Of a DNA stretch of 64,000 nucleotides, positions 12,701-23,497 are shown piece after piece. A model generated the notes under the pieces. That model was not told the DNA's origin. It saw nothing but the letters and a program-made list of their open reading frames with translations, and ran no database searches. The position numbers and the translations under genes are program-made. Position 1 is the stretch's first letter. The number at the start of each line of letters is the position of its first letter. The stretch is from Octopus sinensis (Eukaryota): positions 496,001 through 560,000 of the forward strand of contig NW_021833065.1 of the NCBI RefSeq assembly GCF_006345805.1, in the 5' to 3' direction.

Positions 12701-15700
12701 AGAATCTGAGGTATTTGTGATGGGTGAAGCTGAAGTTGTTGAGTTCATTTGAAGAACAGCAGGAACTGAAAGTAAGTTCTCTTTGACGAATGCTTTTTTT
12801 AAGTGAACAACAGAGACAGTATTTCGGTTTCCTCCAGTATTGAGAATGAAATACTTTGGTTCTTTTTGGATTACTTTGTAGGGCCCGGAATATGGTGGCC
12901 AAAGTTGAGATGGTATTCCATCATTTCTAATGAAAACATGTGTTCAAGTATTGACGTCCTTTGGGACAAGTGAAGCAACGCTCTGTTGTCTGGGGTCTGC
13001 AGGGGACAAATGCAACATACATGTCCGTAAGTGGTGCACATATTTTGCTGGGTCCTGAAAGTCTTGTGGTGAAACAGAGTTAATCATCTGCCCAGGTAAG
13101 GCAAGTGCTGTGCCATAGACCAGTTCAACTGGAATATGTCTAACTCCCTCCTTAACCATGGATCAAATACCAAGGAGGATGAGAAGGAGATATTCCAGCC
13201 AGTTGGAGCAGTCTGGATATGCTTTTATAGCCGCCTTGAGTTGGCGGTGGAAGCATTTGACCATGCCATTGCTGCAGGGTGGTAAGCTGTGGTGCGGGTA
13301 TGTTTACACCCAAAGAGGATGAGTCAGCTTGGTGAAAGGGTGAGAATCAAACCGACGTCTTCTGTTGGTGGTAAGTGTTGTGGGTGTACTGAAACATGAA
13401 ACCCAGTGAAACACTAGCATTTTGGCGACAGTTTCTGCAGAAGTGTCTAATAAGGGAAAAGCTTCCAGCTAGTGAGAAAATCTGTCAACGCAGGTGAGTA
13501 CAGTTGTTGGAAGGAGGCAAGGGTCCAATGATGTCAATATGCGCAGGTTGAAAATGTGCATCTGGAATTGCAAAGGAACCAATGGGAGATTTAAAGTGTC
13601 GGTGGATCTTTGCTTTTTGGCATGCAATGCAGGTCCTAGCCCAATCACGGGTGTCCTTGTTGATGTTGGGCCACACGAAACAGGTCGATATCAGCTTTGG
13701 TGTGGTGCAGACACCAGGATGTGCTAGGGAATGCAAAGCAGAGAAAACGGCATGTTAATGTTTCTGCGATATGCATGGGTATCAGTGATTGCTGAAATTT
13801 CAGAGATGACGAATTCCAGAGCTGTAATAGTTCTTTGTAATCTTGTTGATCGGCTGCAATCTGATGGAAATCAATTGTAGCAGTGGTGTGGATAGTGTTA
13901 AGTTTCATGCGTGACAGGGCATCAGCTGCAGAGTTGTTTGCACCCTTGATGTGGTGAATGTCTGTTGTGTACTGTAGCATGAAGTCTAGATGTTGGACTT
14001 CCCTGGGTGAGTGACGATCGGGCTTGGCGTTGAAGGCATAAACCAGCTGTTTATAGTCCAGATAAATGGAGAAAACGTGACCATCTGCATGTGTCGAAAA
14101 TGCTTGACAGTGAGATACGCTGCCAGTAATTCTCGACCGAAGGTACTGTATTTAGTCTTGGCAGGTTTTAAGTGCTTGGAGAAGATGGATACAGGTTGCT
14201 AAATACCGTCAGTGAGTTGTTGGAGCACGCATCCAACTCCAGAATTGGATGCATAAACTAGTACAAACAGTGGGGCGTCTGGTTTGGGATACCCCAGCAT
14301 GGTAACGACATCTATTACACTTTTTTTTTTTTGTTTTGTTTTGATGGGTGGATGTTTAAAGTAAACATTAACCAATTGGCGATCCTTCGGTATAAGTACA
14401 CACGTGACTTTGTTTACATTTCTGAAGGCGCAGGAGTGGCTGTGTGGTAAGTAGCTTGCTTACCAACCAAACCACATGGTTCCGGGTTCAGTCCCACTGC
14501 GTGGCACCTTGGGCAAGTGTCTTCTACTATAGCCTCGGGCCGACCAAAGCCTTGTGAGTGGATTTGGTAGACGGAAACTGAAAGAAGCCCGTCGTATAAT
14601 GTGTGCGTGTATGTTTGTCCCCCTAGCATTGCTTGACAACCGATGCTGGTTTGTTTATGTCCCCGTCACTTAGCGGTTCGGCAAAAGGGACCGATAGAAT
14701 AAGTACTAGGTTTACAAAGAATAAGTCCCGGGGTCGAGTTGCTCGATTAAAGGCGGTGCTTCAGCATGGCCGCAGTCAAATGACTGAAACAAGTAAAAGA
14801 GATTATAACAGAAACCTTTTTCTCCCACCCCTAACCCCCCATATATAAAAAAACAAACACTTTCTTGAAATGTATCAGGTACTTACACCGGTACTTATAC
14901 CGAAGTTACGCCCTAGATAATTCCCGACACTATTCTATAGGAAGAAATACGTCATAATTTATGCTTTACTCAAAAACTTTCAGTTTAGTAAAAGTTGTTT
15001 TCCCGACGCTATTATACATGTGTATCATTACATTTGTTGTAAAACACGACAGGCAATTCTCCAAAGGACTGCCACACTAGAATATGAAAAAAAAAAAAAC
15101 TAACGAAAACATGTTAGAGACTAGTATAATGTGTTTATCTTAAGGTTATTGACAGAATATCTTGATAACACGTTACTTTCACTCCCTATAAATTTACAGA
15201 ACAACTCTTTCTATTAATTTACTAATAACGAATATAATAAATGCAGCTAACGATGCAGAAACTATTTTTCGAATGGAAATGGATTTTATGACGTTTATTA
15301 AGTACATATCAATTAGCTTTGACGCCTTGTATTAATACTGATTTCAAATTGTGGCACAAGACCAGCAACTTCAAGGGAGGGGTAAGTCAACTCATCGACC
15401 CCAGTACTGAACTAATACTTATTTTTATCGACCTCGAAATGATGAAAGGCAAAGCCGATCTCGGCAGAATTTGAACTCAGAACGTGAAGACGAACGAAAT
15501 ATACGCCATATATTAATGGTTGTGTTGTCAACACATATTGTGTAAAGACAGAAGTTGTTCTCTGAAGACGAAATCCAACAGCGAAAAGTTTGATAGAATG
15601 TGCCAAGAATGAATATACAAATCACGGTTCATTTTGCATTTTCAGGTTAATTAGTTCAAACTCGTCCTCATTACTTCGTCCATAACTTATTGAACTACTT

Positions 15701-16253
15701 ACGACCCACAAAGGTTGGGCCTACGTGAGAACTTCAATGTTGTCATTCTATGTGCTACAGTAAATATAGAAACCAAATTCCCTCAAAACACAGCTGACTG
15801 TCTTAGAGAAAAAAAAAAGGGTATATTAAACAATGTAGGCCTATACAGAAAGTTATGGATGGTTACAGTTGGAGCACCTTCGATCATGTTTTGTCAATCA
15901 GGACTAACCTGGAACTTAAATAATAGTTATCAATAGAATTCCTAGTAAAAAAAAGTGGCAATGCCTTAGATTTAGAAAGAAACCGAGATTTTGTGACGTT
16001 CATAACTTTCTAAAGGACATTTAATGACCGAAGTGAAGTGATATTGTTGCAACGACGAAGAGGAACTAGACAGCAGATAGCCTACTTCTACAATATGGAT
16101 AAACTTGACAACAATAAACTGACGAGACGAAAAAAATATGTAGCTTCCTTACCGTAGTGCTTTTCCGTAGAGAACACGCCACACTTCATTCAGTTCATCA
16201 GGTGGCAAATGTTTTTTCAGGATACTTTCGATGCTTTCATATTTTCCCGCCAT
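622..16253 (-). CDS. UPB1: Beta-ureidopropionase (beta-alanine synthase), spliced; exons 1-8 in window, 3' exons lie left of the window
   Basis: Eight GT-AG exons (101+172+88+95+85+77+55+115 nt) join in frame: [39 protein letters not shown]...[20 protein letters not shown]...[21 protein letters not shown]...[37 protein letters not shown]. Nitrilase-fold triad E (QEAW), K (RKNH) and C (NICYG) present. Confidence 0.96.
2256..2310 (-). CDS. UPB1: UPB1 exon 7 (55 nt)
   Basis: [18 protein letters not shown] + g; CAG acceptor, GTGAG donor. Confidence 0.95.
2436..2722 (-). mobile_element. SINE family B (GAAGGGCATCCAGC core, (GAT)n tail), decayed, several module copies
   Basis: tcatc..tttaacg tail, ggatgcccttcctaacaccaaccac core, repeated ttttatgt..caccagca modules. 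Confidence 0.85.
2970..3046 (-). CDS. UPB1: UPB1 exon 6 (77 nt)
   Basis: (V)[25 protein letters not shown]; TAG acceptor, GTATT donor; catalytic Lys. Confidence 0.96.
3190..3690 (+). mobile_element. Decayed CR1-type LINE RT core fragment
   Basis: Frame-broken [32 protein letters not shown]; resembles the LINE at 55-58 kb. Confidence 0.55.
4532..4955 (+). mobile_element. CR1-clade LINE 3' end
   Basis: ORF 4543-4800 [39 protein letters not shown] (CR1 C-terminus); (ATT)n tail at about 4940-4954. Confidence 0.88.
5209..5293 (-). CDS. UPB1: UPB1 exon 5 (85 nt)
   Basis: [28 protein letters not shown] + g; CAG acceptor, GTATG donor. Confidence 0.95.
5411..5650 (-). mobile_element. SINE family A, full length with TSD
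   Basis: 16-bp TSD AAATAAAAACATTACC at 5395-5410 and 5651-5666. Confidence 0.95.
5918..6153. mobile_element. piggyBac-like MITE, left end decayed
   Basis: Right end GAAAGGG-TTAA, similar to the right terminus of the 354-553 MITE; left TIR degenerate. Confidence 0.6.
6488..6885 (+). mobile_element. Non-autonomous Helitron, family 1
   Basis: 5' T(T)TATATATATAAAA; 3' hairpin CCCGAGCAACACCGGG then CTAG|T; near-identical to the reverse complement of 48994-49387. Confidence 0.85.
7750..7844 (-). CDS. UPB1: UPB1 exon 4 (95 nt)
   Basis: (H)[31 protein letters not shown]; TAG acceptor, GTGAT donor. Confidence 0.96.
9060..9290 (+). mobile_element. SINE family B, decayed
   Basis: aaagcacccag...ggtgttaggaag...gtccaacc..ccagcatgg...gttaaatgatgatgatg. 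Confidence 0.8.
9322..9409 (-). CDS. UPB1: UPB1 exon 3 (88 nt)
   Basis: [29 protein letters not shown] + c; TAG acceptor, GTGAG donor; catalytic Glu. Confidence 0.96.
10165..10418 (+). mobile_element. SINE family B
   Basis: Two aaaagcaccc modules, core and (GAT)n tail. Confidence 0.88.
10435..10665 (+). mobile_element. SINE family A, full length with TSD
   Basis: 19-bp TSD GATATATATCTATATATAA at 10416-10434 and 10666-10684. Confidence 0.95.
11101..11299 (+). mobile_element. SINE family B
   Basis: ctgtgccggtggcatgtaaaag module, core, gttaaacgatgatgat tail. Confidence 0.88.
11850..12021 (-). CDS. UPB1: UPB1 exon 2 (172 nt)
   Basis: ttttatttcag acceptor; [57 protein letters not shown]; donor GTGAG. 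Confidence 0.95.
12432..12528 (+). mobile_element. SINE family D head, truncated
   Basis: ggtgcaggcatggctgtgaggtaagaagcttgctcccaaccacatggttcc matches the head at 14427. Confidence 0.8.
12630..14310 (-). mobile_element. Decayed Gypsy/Ty3 RNase H-integrase fragment in UPB1 intron 1
   Basis: [25 protein letters not shown]...[12 protein letters not shown] (HHCC), [13 protein letters not shown] (GPY/F), TKSGRTVRW; many stops and frameshifts; no LTR seen. Confidence 0.92.
14427..14801 (+). mobile_element. SINE family D, full length
   Basis: tRNA-like head GGCGCAGGAGTGGCTGTGTGGTAAG...GGTTCAGTCCC, body, tail CTGAAACAAGTAAAAGA. Confidence 0.93.
15342..15500 (-). mobile_element. SINE family A, 5'-truncated
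   Basis: core plus tttcaaattgtggcacaag tail. Confidence 0.85.
16153..16253 (-). CDS. UPB1: UPB1 exon 1 (coding part)
   Basis: ATG at 16253-16251; [33 protein letters not shown] + cg; donor GTAAG at 16152-16148. Confidence 0.93.
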
Positions 16254-16540
16254 TGTTTACAAATTATTTGTAATAACTTTGTTATTAGTTATTCGAATAA
16301 CTAATTATTCGTGCAGTCGCCTATTGTTACCACCGCAGCTTTGGCTAAAGAAATTGTTTTTAGGCGAATATCAATAGCAGCTATGACCAAAAACAAATTT
16401 GTATTTTGTGTCTATTGCAGAAACCTCTTACCCCTCACAACAGCACTTAATGATAACAGGACTTTCGAGTGGCTCCTCCCCTTTCTGAATGAATTTCTTA
16501 TCGATGTCACTCTTACTATCTCTGCTATATAGATAAATAT
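16254..16540 (-). promoter_or_regulatory. Probable UPB1 5'UTR/promoter
   Basis: Directly upstream of the ATG; CpG visibly more frequent over about 14.4-17.1 kb than in the UPB1 introns (visual estimate). Confidence 0.45.
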
Positions 16541-16542
16541 TC

Positions 16543-16710
16543 TTTTCTACTCTAGCCACGAAGCCCGAAATTTTTTTTGGGGAAGGGGGCCAGTCGATTA
16601 GATCGACCTCAGTATGCAACTGGTACTTAATTTATCGACCCGAAAAGATGAAAGGCAAAGTCGATCTCGGCGGAATGGGCGTGCTAACGTTTCTGCCAGC
16701 TTGCCGTCTT
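16543..16710 (-). mobile_element. SINE family A with internal deletion
   Basis: ggcggaat joined directly to gggcgtgctaacg; the B-box segment is missing. Confidence 0.85.
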
Positions 16711-17089
16711 TACATAGATAAATATTAATTCCTGACTAATCGCAAGTTGGTTTTTCAGAACTTTTTAAACTATTCTAGAACATCGAAAAAGAAAGAAGCC
16801 AGTTACGACAAATGTAGGCGAACTTGATAAAATGTAACTATCAATTATCTTCTTTTCGTAGCAAATTTATGTATAATAATAATGAATGAATCGTAATCTA
16901 AATATGTTAATGATGTTTAACATTAATGATAAATTTATATACTTTTTTCAAAAGTCAATATTCGAAATACATGTCCGGAAAGCGGTAGATGTTCTACCAG
17001 TTACTCTCCATTCTTTATCGGCGCGCATTTATAAACAAATTCCTGCTCTATTTTGATAAAATCTTTTTTTTTTTTCAATGGCTTGGTCT

Positions 17090-17590
17090 GAAGGCCGTGA
17101 TGGAAAGACTTCCTCCCGCCTCTCCCCCGATTTTCTCGCAAATTATTATTAAAAAAATTTTTTTTTGTCAAAAACCCACCTTTTCGAATACGGAGATTCC
17201 AGAAAATTGCCCCAAATCGGAATTTTGAAATTTTTTTCCACCCCCCTTTTCCACCAATTTCTTCAATTTTCACATTTTTCGTAACCCTAACCCTAAAACC
17301 CAAACCCCAACCCTAAAACACTAACCTTAACCCTAAGTAGAAATATTTTTGTAAATTTTTTCTCCGTATTTTTCTGTATATTTAAAAAAAAATATATCTG
17401 AAAAAAGTTTTAAAAAATGAAGAATTTAGTGGGTGGGGGGTAATTTCAAAATGCTGATCTTTGCCAATTTTTTTGCATATTCGTATTCTCCGTAGCCGAA
17501 AATGAGGGTTTGTGTAGAAAAAAAAAAAATTAAAAAAGGGGGTATTTTGGTGGGGTACAAAAGGAAGTCTTGCCGCCGTGGTTGTACCCA
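17090..17590. repeat. Degenerate fold-back element with central (TAACCC)n-like array
   Basis: Arms share aagacttcct, aaaccc..ttttcg..tacggaga and attttgaaatt in inverted orientation; telomere-like repeats at about 17282-17335. Confidence 0.55.
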
Positions 17591-17679
17591 TGCCACTGGC
17601 AAGACCTGGAAACTAGTGGGGTCAATATGGTTTATGTTATGAACAACAATAGTTAAAAACACACAGGGACGGTATTCCT

Positions 17680-18200
17680 GCCATTTTAAGAAGAAAGGAT
17701 TAGAAATATCAAATAGTGCAGAGCCAAGGGGTGGGAATAGATATACGAGAGGAGGAGAGAAAAACGGGTTTGGGTAGAGGTGTCACAAAGCCGTACATCT
17801 TCGAGGACAGAGGTCATTGTAGTAACAACAGAAAAGGCAGAGTGAGGAGATAACATTAAATATACATGTATTCAGTAACAACAGCATTGTTCTAGATGTG
17901 GAAGCAATACTATATTGTGGGTCTTGAACTTTGTAGTGAATCCGCAACTGATCAGAGCTGAAATATTTTCTGATCTGAAAAAGGAAGGCTAGTCTTTGTG
18001 TTGCTGCCTTTGAGGAAGGATCACCAATGGCAGCTTAGAAGGTTTTTAATTGTGTATAGCTTATAACTACATGGGATGGGATGCAAGAGTGTTTCCTTCC
18101 TATTGAAAGGCGATAAGATTAATATGACCCTATTATAAATATTTTCAAGGTCTCTGCTGAGGGAGAAAGAGCAAAATATTTGGATATAGCCATCTGAAAC
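17680..18200 (-). mobile_element. Decayed CR1-type LINE fragment (RT thumb)
   Basis: RDLENIYN*GHINLIAF, KAATQRLAFLFQIRKYFSSDQL, LCLFCCYYNDLC. Confidence 0.7.
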
Positions 18201-18401
18201 AAAACGAAGATATGAGATTTATTACTGGCTCTCAGGATCAACCAGATCAGAATTTCATTCTAGTCCCTGTTTGTGTTAAGTTGATGATAAACATGTTTTC
18301 CTTTGAGTCTTTTATAAATGACTTTTTCAGAAGTGATGGAGTAACATTGCTTTTCATTCTGAAATAATAATGATGATGATGATGCCGCCAATGATGATGA
18401 T

Positions 18402-18611
18402 CCTTTTTACTGAGGCACAAGGCCTCAAATTTTTTGGTGGGACTAGTTGATTACATCAACCCATTGTTTCTCTGGTACTTAATTTATTGACCCCGAAAGG
18501 ATGAAAGGCAAAGTCGACCTTGGTGGAATTTGAACTCAGAATGTAGCAACGGGCGAAATACCACTAAGTATTTCATCCAGAGTGCTAACGATTCTGCCAG
18601 CTCGACGCCTT
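18402..18611 (-). mobile_element. SINE family A
   Basis: Head to tail present, with CpG-decay substitutions. Confidence 0.9.
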
Positions 18612-18639
18612 GATAATAATAAAATTAATAATAATGATA

Positions 18640-19463
18640 TTGCAAGAGATACAAGCTCCATGACAAATACAGAAGGCTGGTGGTTATGAATATGGAAGAG
18701 TGACCTGAAGATAGAAACAGAAGCACTTATATGTGTAACATAAGAACAAGCATTGAGGACAAACTATGTGAAGTTGAGAATTGATAACACAACTGAGAGT
18801 GGCAAATACAGAATGTGTGGTGAGAGGGGTCAAACAATATGGCACATTGTTAGTGAATGCCTGAAATTGGCACAAGGTGAATACAAAAGACGACATGACA
18901 ATGTAGCAAAATGATCCATTGGGAGCTCTGGAAATTATGGCCTAAGAAGATCAAAGGCAAGATCTGATCAAATCCCAGAGGTAGTTACTGAGAATGAAGA
19001 TTGCAAAATTCAGTGCAACCATCAGATTAGACATCAGAAACCTGACATTGTTGTGGTGAACACAAAAGATAAAGCATGCCTGATAAGTGGACCTGGCATA
19101 TCCTGGTGACAACAAGATCAAAGAGAAAGAGGAAGAAAAGGTGAACAACTATAATGAATTGAAGTTGAAAATATGCAGGTTGTGGGTATGAAGAGAGATG
19201 ATGTGATACCAATAATGATTGATACACTTGGAAGTATCAGTGCTCAACTACTACCAATGTGGCTCAAAAAGATTGGAACAAATGCAAAGATAGAACACCT
19301 ACAAAAATCAGCATTGCTTGGAACTGCAAAATTTCTCAGCAGGGTTCTTGAAGGATGATCAGTAAACAAGTGCCACTTCAGTCTGCTGGTTGAGGGCAGC
19401 TGACACTTTCCATCATACCCAGTAAAATAAGCTGAATGTTTTCATAATAATAATAATAATAAT
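18640..19463 (+). mobile_element. R4/Dong-like non-LTR retrotransposon 3' fragment (CCHC plus restriction-like endonuclease), decayed
   Basis: RMCGERGQTIWHIVSECLKLAQGEYKRRHDNVAK; KPDIVV; LQKSALLGTAKFLSRVL; (TAA)n tail at 19445-19463. Confidence 0.88.
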
Positions 19464-19769
19464 AGTTTTGGTGTCTGTTGCAGATGCATCTTGCCCACTA
19501 GCAATATAAATGGAAGTGCTTTTATGTACTACAAATCCACATGAGGAGTCATCACATGGTAAATAACACAGTATTCTATGTTCTAACATAACATCCACTT
19601 TAAGTGGGAGATAAATATTATCTTTTGATATTGATACTACCTCTGCCACTATTAATTATTTAATCATCCTCATCATCACCATCGCCGCCACCGCCACCAC
19701 CACCACCTTCTTCTTCTTCTTAAATAATAATCTATTCTGTTGCTATCACAGTAGCTGCTGTTCCTCTAA

Positions 19770-19990
19770 ATCAGCTTGTTGCATACAGTCGACATGCCAG
19801 GTCCACTCAACATACCCATTTCTCTCCTGTCATCACCCACAATTGTGGTTTCTCCTCCCTAGTTCCACATTAACAATTTTGTTCAATCCTTCCTCCTCAA
19901 TGTATCAGCCCTCTGAAATTTTGCCTGAGCTCCTATTTTTCCTGCTGACATCGACTTGAAGGTATTCAAACTGGAGATAAATCATAGCAA
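19770..19990 (+). mobile_element. CR1-type LINE C-terminal fragment
   Basis: FVQSFLLNVSAL*NF..PIFPADIDLKVFKLEIN. Confidence 0.6.
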
Positions 19991-20415
19991 TCTCACTGCT
20001 GTTAGTGGGCCCATGAAGATCATAACACAAATCATGCTTCTTGATTAACTGTTAAAAAAAGTCTCATTTAATGTGTGTGTGTGTATTGTTGGTTAGATCT
20101 ATATATTATGATCTTCATTTCAAATAAACTCAAATTCTTTCACTAGTTTTCTTTTAACATTTTCTAGTTTAGTAATTCTCCCATAATTGCATTCTGAGTA
20201 TCATACCCAGCTTATTTATAGTTCAGATTTCATTACGAACATGCATAATTCAAAATATCTTTTCACCTTTGAAACAGTTATATCCCTAGTAGTTCTTACA
20301 TAATATACCTTGGTATTTTGGTTAATACTTTGACAGAATTCTTTATTCATTGACAAAAGTAGTATTTTCTTAAACCACTTCTTAATATTTGTTTTTTTCT
20401 TGTTATGTTGACAAA

Positions 20416-21310
20416 AGCTGGGGTGCTACAAGGAGATATGCTTGCACCTTACCTGTTTGTAATTGTACTGGATTATGCAATGTGGCAGGCTATAGACAAG
20501 TGATGAAAACTTTGGTTTCGTCATAGACTGGCAAAGATCATGCAGAATACCAGCAGTAACCATCACAGACCTGGACTTTGCAGATGATATAATACTCATA
20601 TCTAATAAAATAGATCAAGTTCAATGGCTGCTCAGTAGAGTAGAGACATTAGCTGCTAAAATAGGATTGTACATAAATGTCAAGAAAATGGAGTCTTTCA
20701 ACCAATCAAATGATACTGAACTGTTTGTTTTGAGCGGTTCTAAACTGAATGTTGGTGAAGACTTCAAGTACTTAGGTGGTTGGATGAGCAGTTCGGAAGC
20801 ACAAGCATGGACAGCCTGTCACAAACTAAAGAAAGTCTGAAACTGTAAACTGCTCAGGCAAATCAAAATCAAGCTGTTCATTGCGACTGTTGAATCGGTG
20901 CTTTTATATGGTAGTGAAACATGGACACAGACAAAGAAATTGTCAAATGAAATTATCAGAAATTATGGATGCTATACAAAGATGATATGAATGACCCTAA
21001 ATGTGAAATGGTAGCTACATATGACATGAATACCTTTATGGAAACCTGCCGAAAGTTAGTGAGAAGATCAAACAAAGATGGTTTCAACTATCTGGTCACT
21101 GCGTGCACTGTCCTGAACTGGAAACATCCAAATTAGTTTTGTGGAATCCATTTCATGGTGATGTAAGAAGAGGAGATAAACATTGTCACAATTACATCAA
21201 CAACTTAATTGTAGAAACTGGCCTGGAATGTATCCAGGACCTCAAAGTTGTGATGTTGGACTGAGCAGTGTAGCTTTGTCGCTGTGGTCTGGGTTGGAAC
21301 CCAGCCATAA
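20416..21310 (+). mobile_element. RTE-clade LINE RT/3' fragment (not in the ORF track)
   Basis: GVLQGDMLAPYLFVIVLDY; ITDLDFADDI (FADD at 20577-20588); DFKYLG; VESVLLYGSETW. Confidence 0.92.
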
Positions 21311-21564
21311 TGAATAAAATGACAAAAGCTTCCATTTCTCCAAATCATAATTAAGTTGCTCTACATAATTTTACTAGAACAAATAAAAGAAGAATAACTT
21401 TAAAAAAAACTGTTAAGAAGATTATTATGAAGTGTGATACTACTTCTGTGAAAAGAGAAGAAAATTGATCGTTGTTAAGGAAATAAATTATTCAGCATCA
21501 CACATTTCATTGAGTGAGAAATAACATTGACATAGATAACACATAACAAATAATTTTTTATGAA

Positions 21565-21881
21565 TAGTAATCGCCAAGCTAACATAGCAGTCCAGGAAAA
21601 TAGGACGAATGCTGCTGTTGATTAGCACCAAGAGGTCATTGCTTCAACCTAGCTGACACACAAACCCGTGTTCCATTACAACATTCAAACAGGGGAGGTC
21701 AGCAGCTTTCCCTTGTTGAACCAGCAAGGGAAAGCTGCTGACCTCCCCTGTTTGACAGTTGTGATGGATACAGGTTTGTGTGTCACATAGCTAGGTAGAG
21801 GCGATGGCCTCTTGGTGCTAATGAACTGCAGCATTCGTCCTATTTTCCTGTACTGCCATGTTAGCTTGGTGATAACTACTA
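21565..21881. mobile_element. Palindromic MITE/fold-back element
   Basis: About 150-bp inverted arms; perfect 31-bp inner arms 21685-21715 / 21725-21755 around a 9-nt loop. Confidence 0.8.
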
Positions 21882-22760
21882 ATATCCAGTACTGCTGCCG
21901 TAGTCTCCTTTAGAGAGATTTAGAAATATTAATATTTCTATAATTAATTTTGTGTTATTTGTATAAATATAGTAATGGAATATTGGTCTTAAATACTATA
22001 TAAATATATAAATAAGCTGTAAGAAAATGAGATGATAAAGGGACAAATGATTATCTTAAAGATAACATTAAGATAATTGTTGGTTGTGGAAATGTTAGTA
22101 ACTGCTTTTTCATGAGATATAAGGTCATACAAAAGCTTATAAGTGATATAGATTGATGAAAATAAAATAAAATGATTAAGATTCAACAAAATAAAAAAAA
22201 CAAACAAACAAAAAATAAATAACTTAACATTCACTTTCATCTATTCTTCAGAATAGACCCTATGAGTTGCATGTACCATGAAATGTCAAAACATTTTGCT
22301 CATCTGTGAAATTGTGTCAGTTACTACTAGGTCACAGAAAAGAGTTAAAATGTAGGACATTTCATAATGCATAGATCTATTAAGAAATGAACAAAAGTGA
22401 AGAAACAAAATATTTAATCCATAGTAAACATAAAATTTAATTAATATATAATTACTTTTTATGACTGAGAATTACAATCTGATGGCAAAGCCAAGAACTG
22501 CATGTCAGCAGATGTACTTTGAAAACAATAATCTCCCTGTTATATTGTATTGTTAAAAAGTTTATCAATAAACAGTTACCTAAAACTAAAATACATTTTA
22601 TATGTTAAGTGATACTCTAATAACAGGATTATTAAAGGAATTATAATCAATGTACTGGGCAAAAACAGTTTGTCATCAAAGATATATATACTACAACTTA
22701 ACTGACAATATTCACTATCCACAGTATCTGGGATCATCTTTTAATTGTATGCATGTATAT

Positions 22761-22905
22761 TTATTACCTCCGCCTTCACTCAGGCGGAGGCATTGTTTTC
22801 AGTTGTGTTTGTTTGTTTGTCCATGGACAAGATATCTCAAGAACCACTGGATGGATATGGATAAAACTTACAGGGATATTTGGCCTCATCACTGGTACGA
22901 ACTGA
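22761..22905 (+). mobile_element. Helentron-associated (HINE/DINE-1-like) 5' part
   Basis: TTATTA-CCTCCGCC(8 nt)GGCGGAGG hairpin at 22767-22790, (GTTT)n, then gatatctcaagaaccactggatgg core. Confidence 0.7.
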
Positions 22906-22919
22906 TTTGGCAGCCATCT

Positions 22920-23368
22920 ACTACACCTGACAGCAGACTGGGAGCATTCCCAGTCATGTGAGCCAGGAGTGGTGACTCTGTTGAGGAAGGATTCAACCAA
23001 GGGGAATGTGATGGAAAACTTTAGGGCCATAACTCTGCTCAGCACTGAGTTAAAGAATTCAGCTAAGGTGCTCACCAAGAGGCTGGCACTTGTTGTCAGT
23101 AGTGTAGTTGGGGATGCACAAACCTGTGCAATCCCCTGCAGATCTATCCATGACAACCCCACCACCCCACCTCATGCAATATATTGTAGAATGGGTCAGG
23201 GATAGATCTAGCTTTAGAGGGGCACTGATCAACTTGGAGCAGTCCAAGGCATTTGACAGGACTAATCATCACTATCTGGTGGCTGTCCCGAAAGCTGTTG
23301 GCTTTGGTCCTATCTTCAGTGGCTGGATCACTACAATATATAATGGCAAATACTCAGTGGTATTATGA
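22920..23368 (+). mobile_element. L1/Tx1-clade RT N-terminal fragment
   Basis: ENFRAITLLSTELK..AKVLTKRL; AQTCAIPCRSIHDN; ALINLEQSKAFDR..GFGPIFSGWI. Confidence 0.88.
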
Positions 23369-23497
23369 AATTTGTTGTTAAGTTACATGGAACATAAGAG
23401 TGGAGTGATGAACTTATCTACTGTGCTCAAACCTTTTGGTGACATGTTGCATCTTCCAGTGCACATTTTGGGGTATGTATATATATGTATATATACA

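Noticed and set aside
14427-14510. tRNA gene
   Set aside because: A/B-box-like head continues into the SINE body; same for all other SINE heads
16311-16532. 73-aa ORF divergent from UPB1
   Set aside because: GTG start, no homology or splice support; overlaps the presumed promoter
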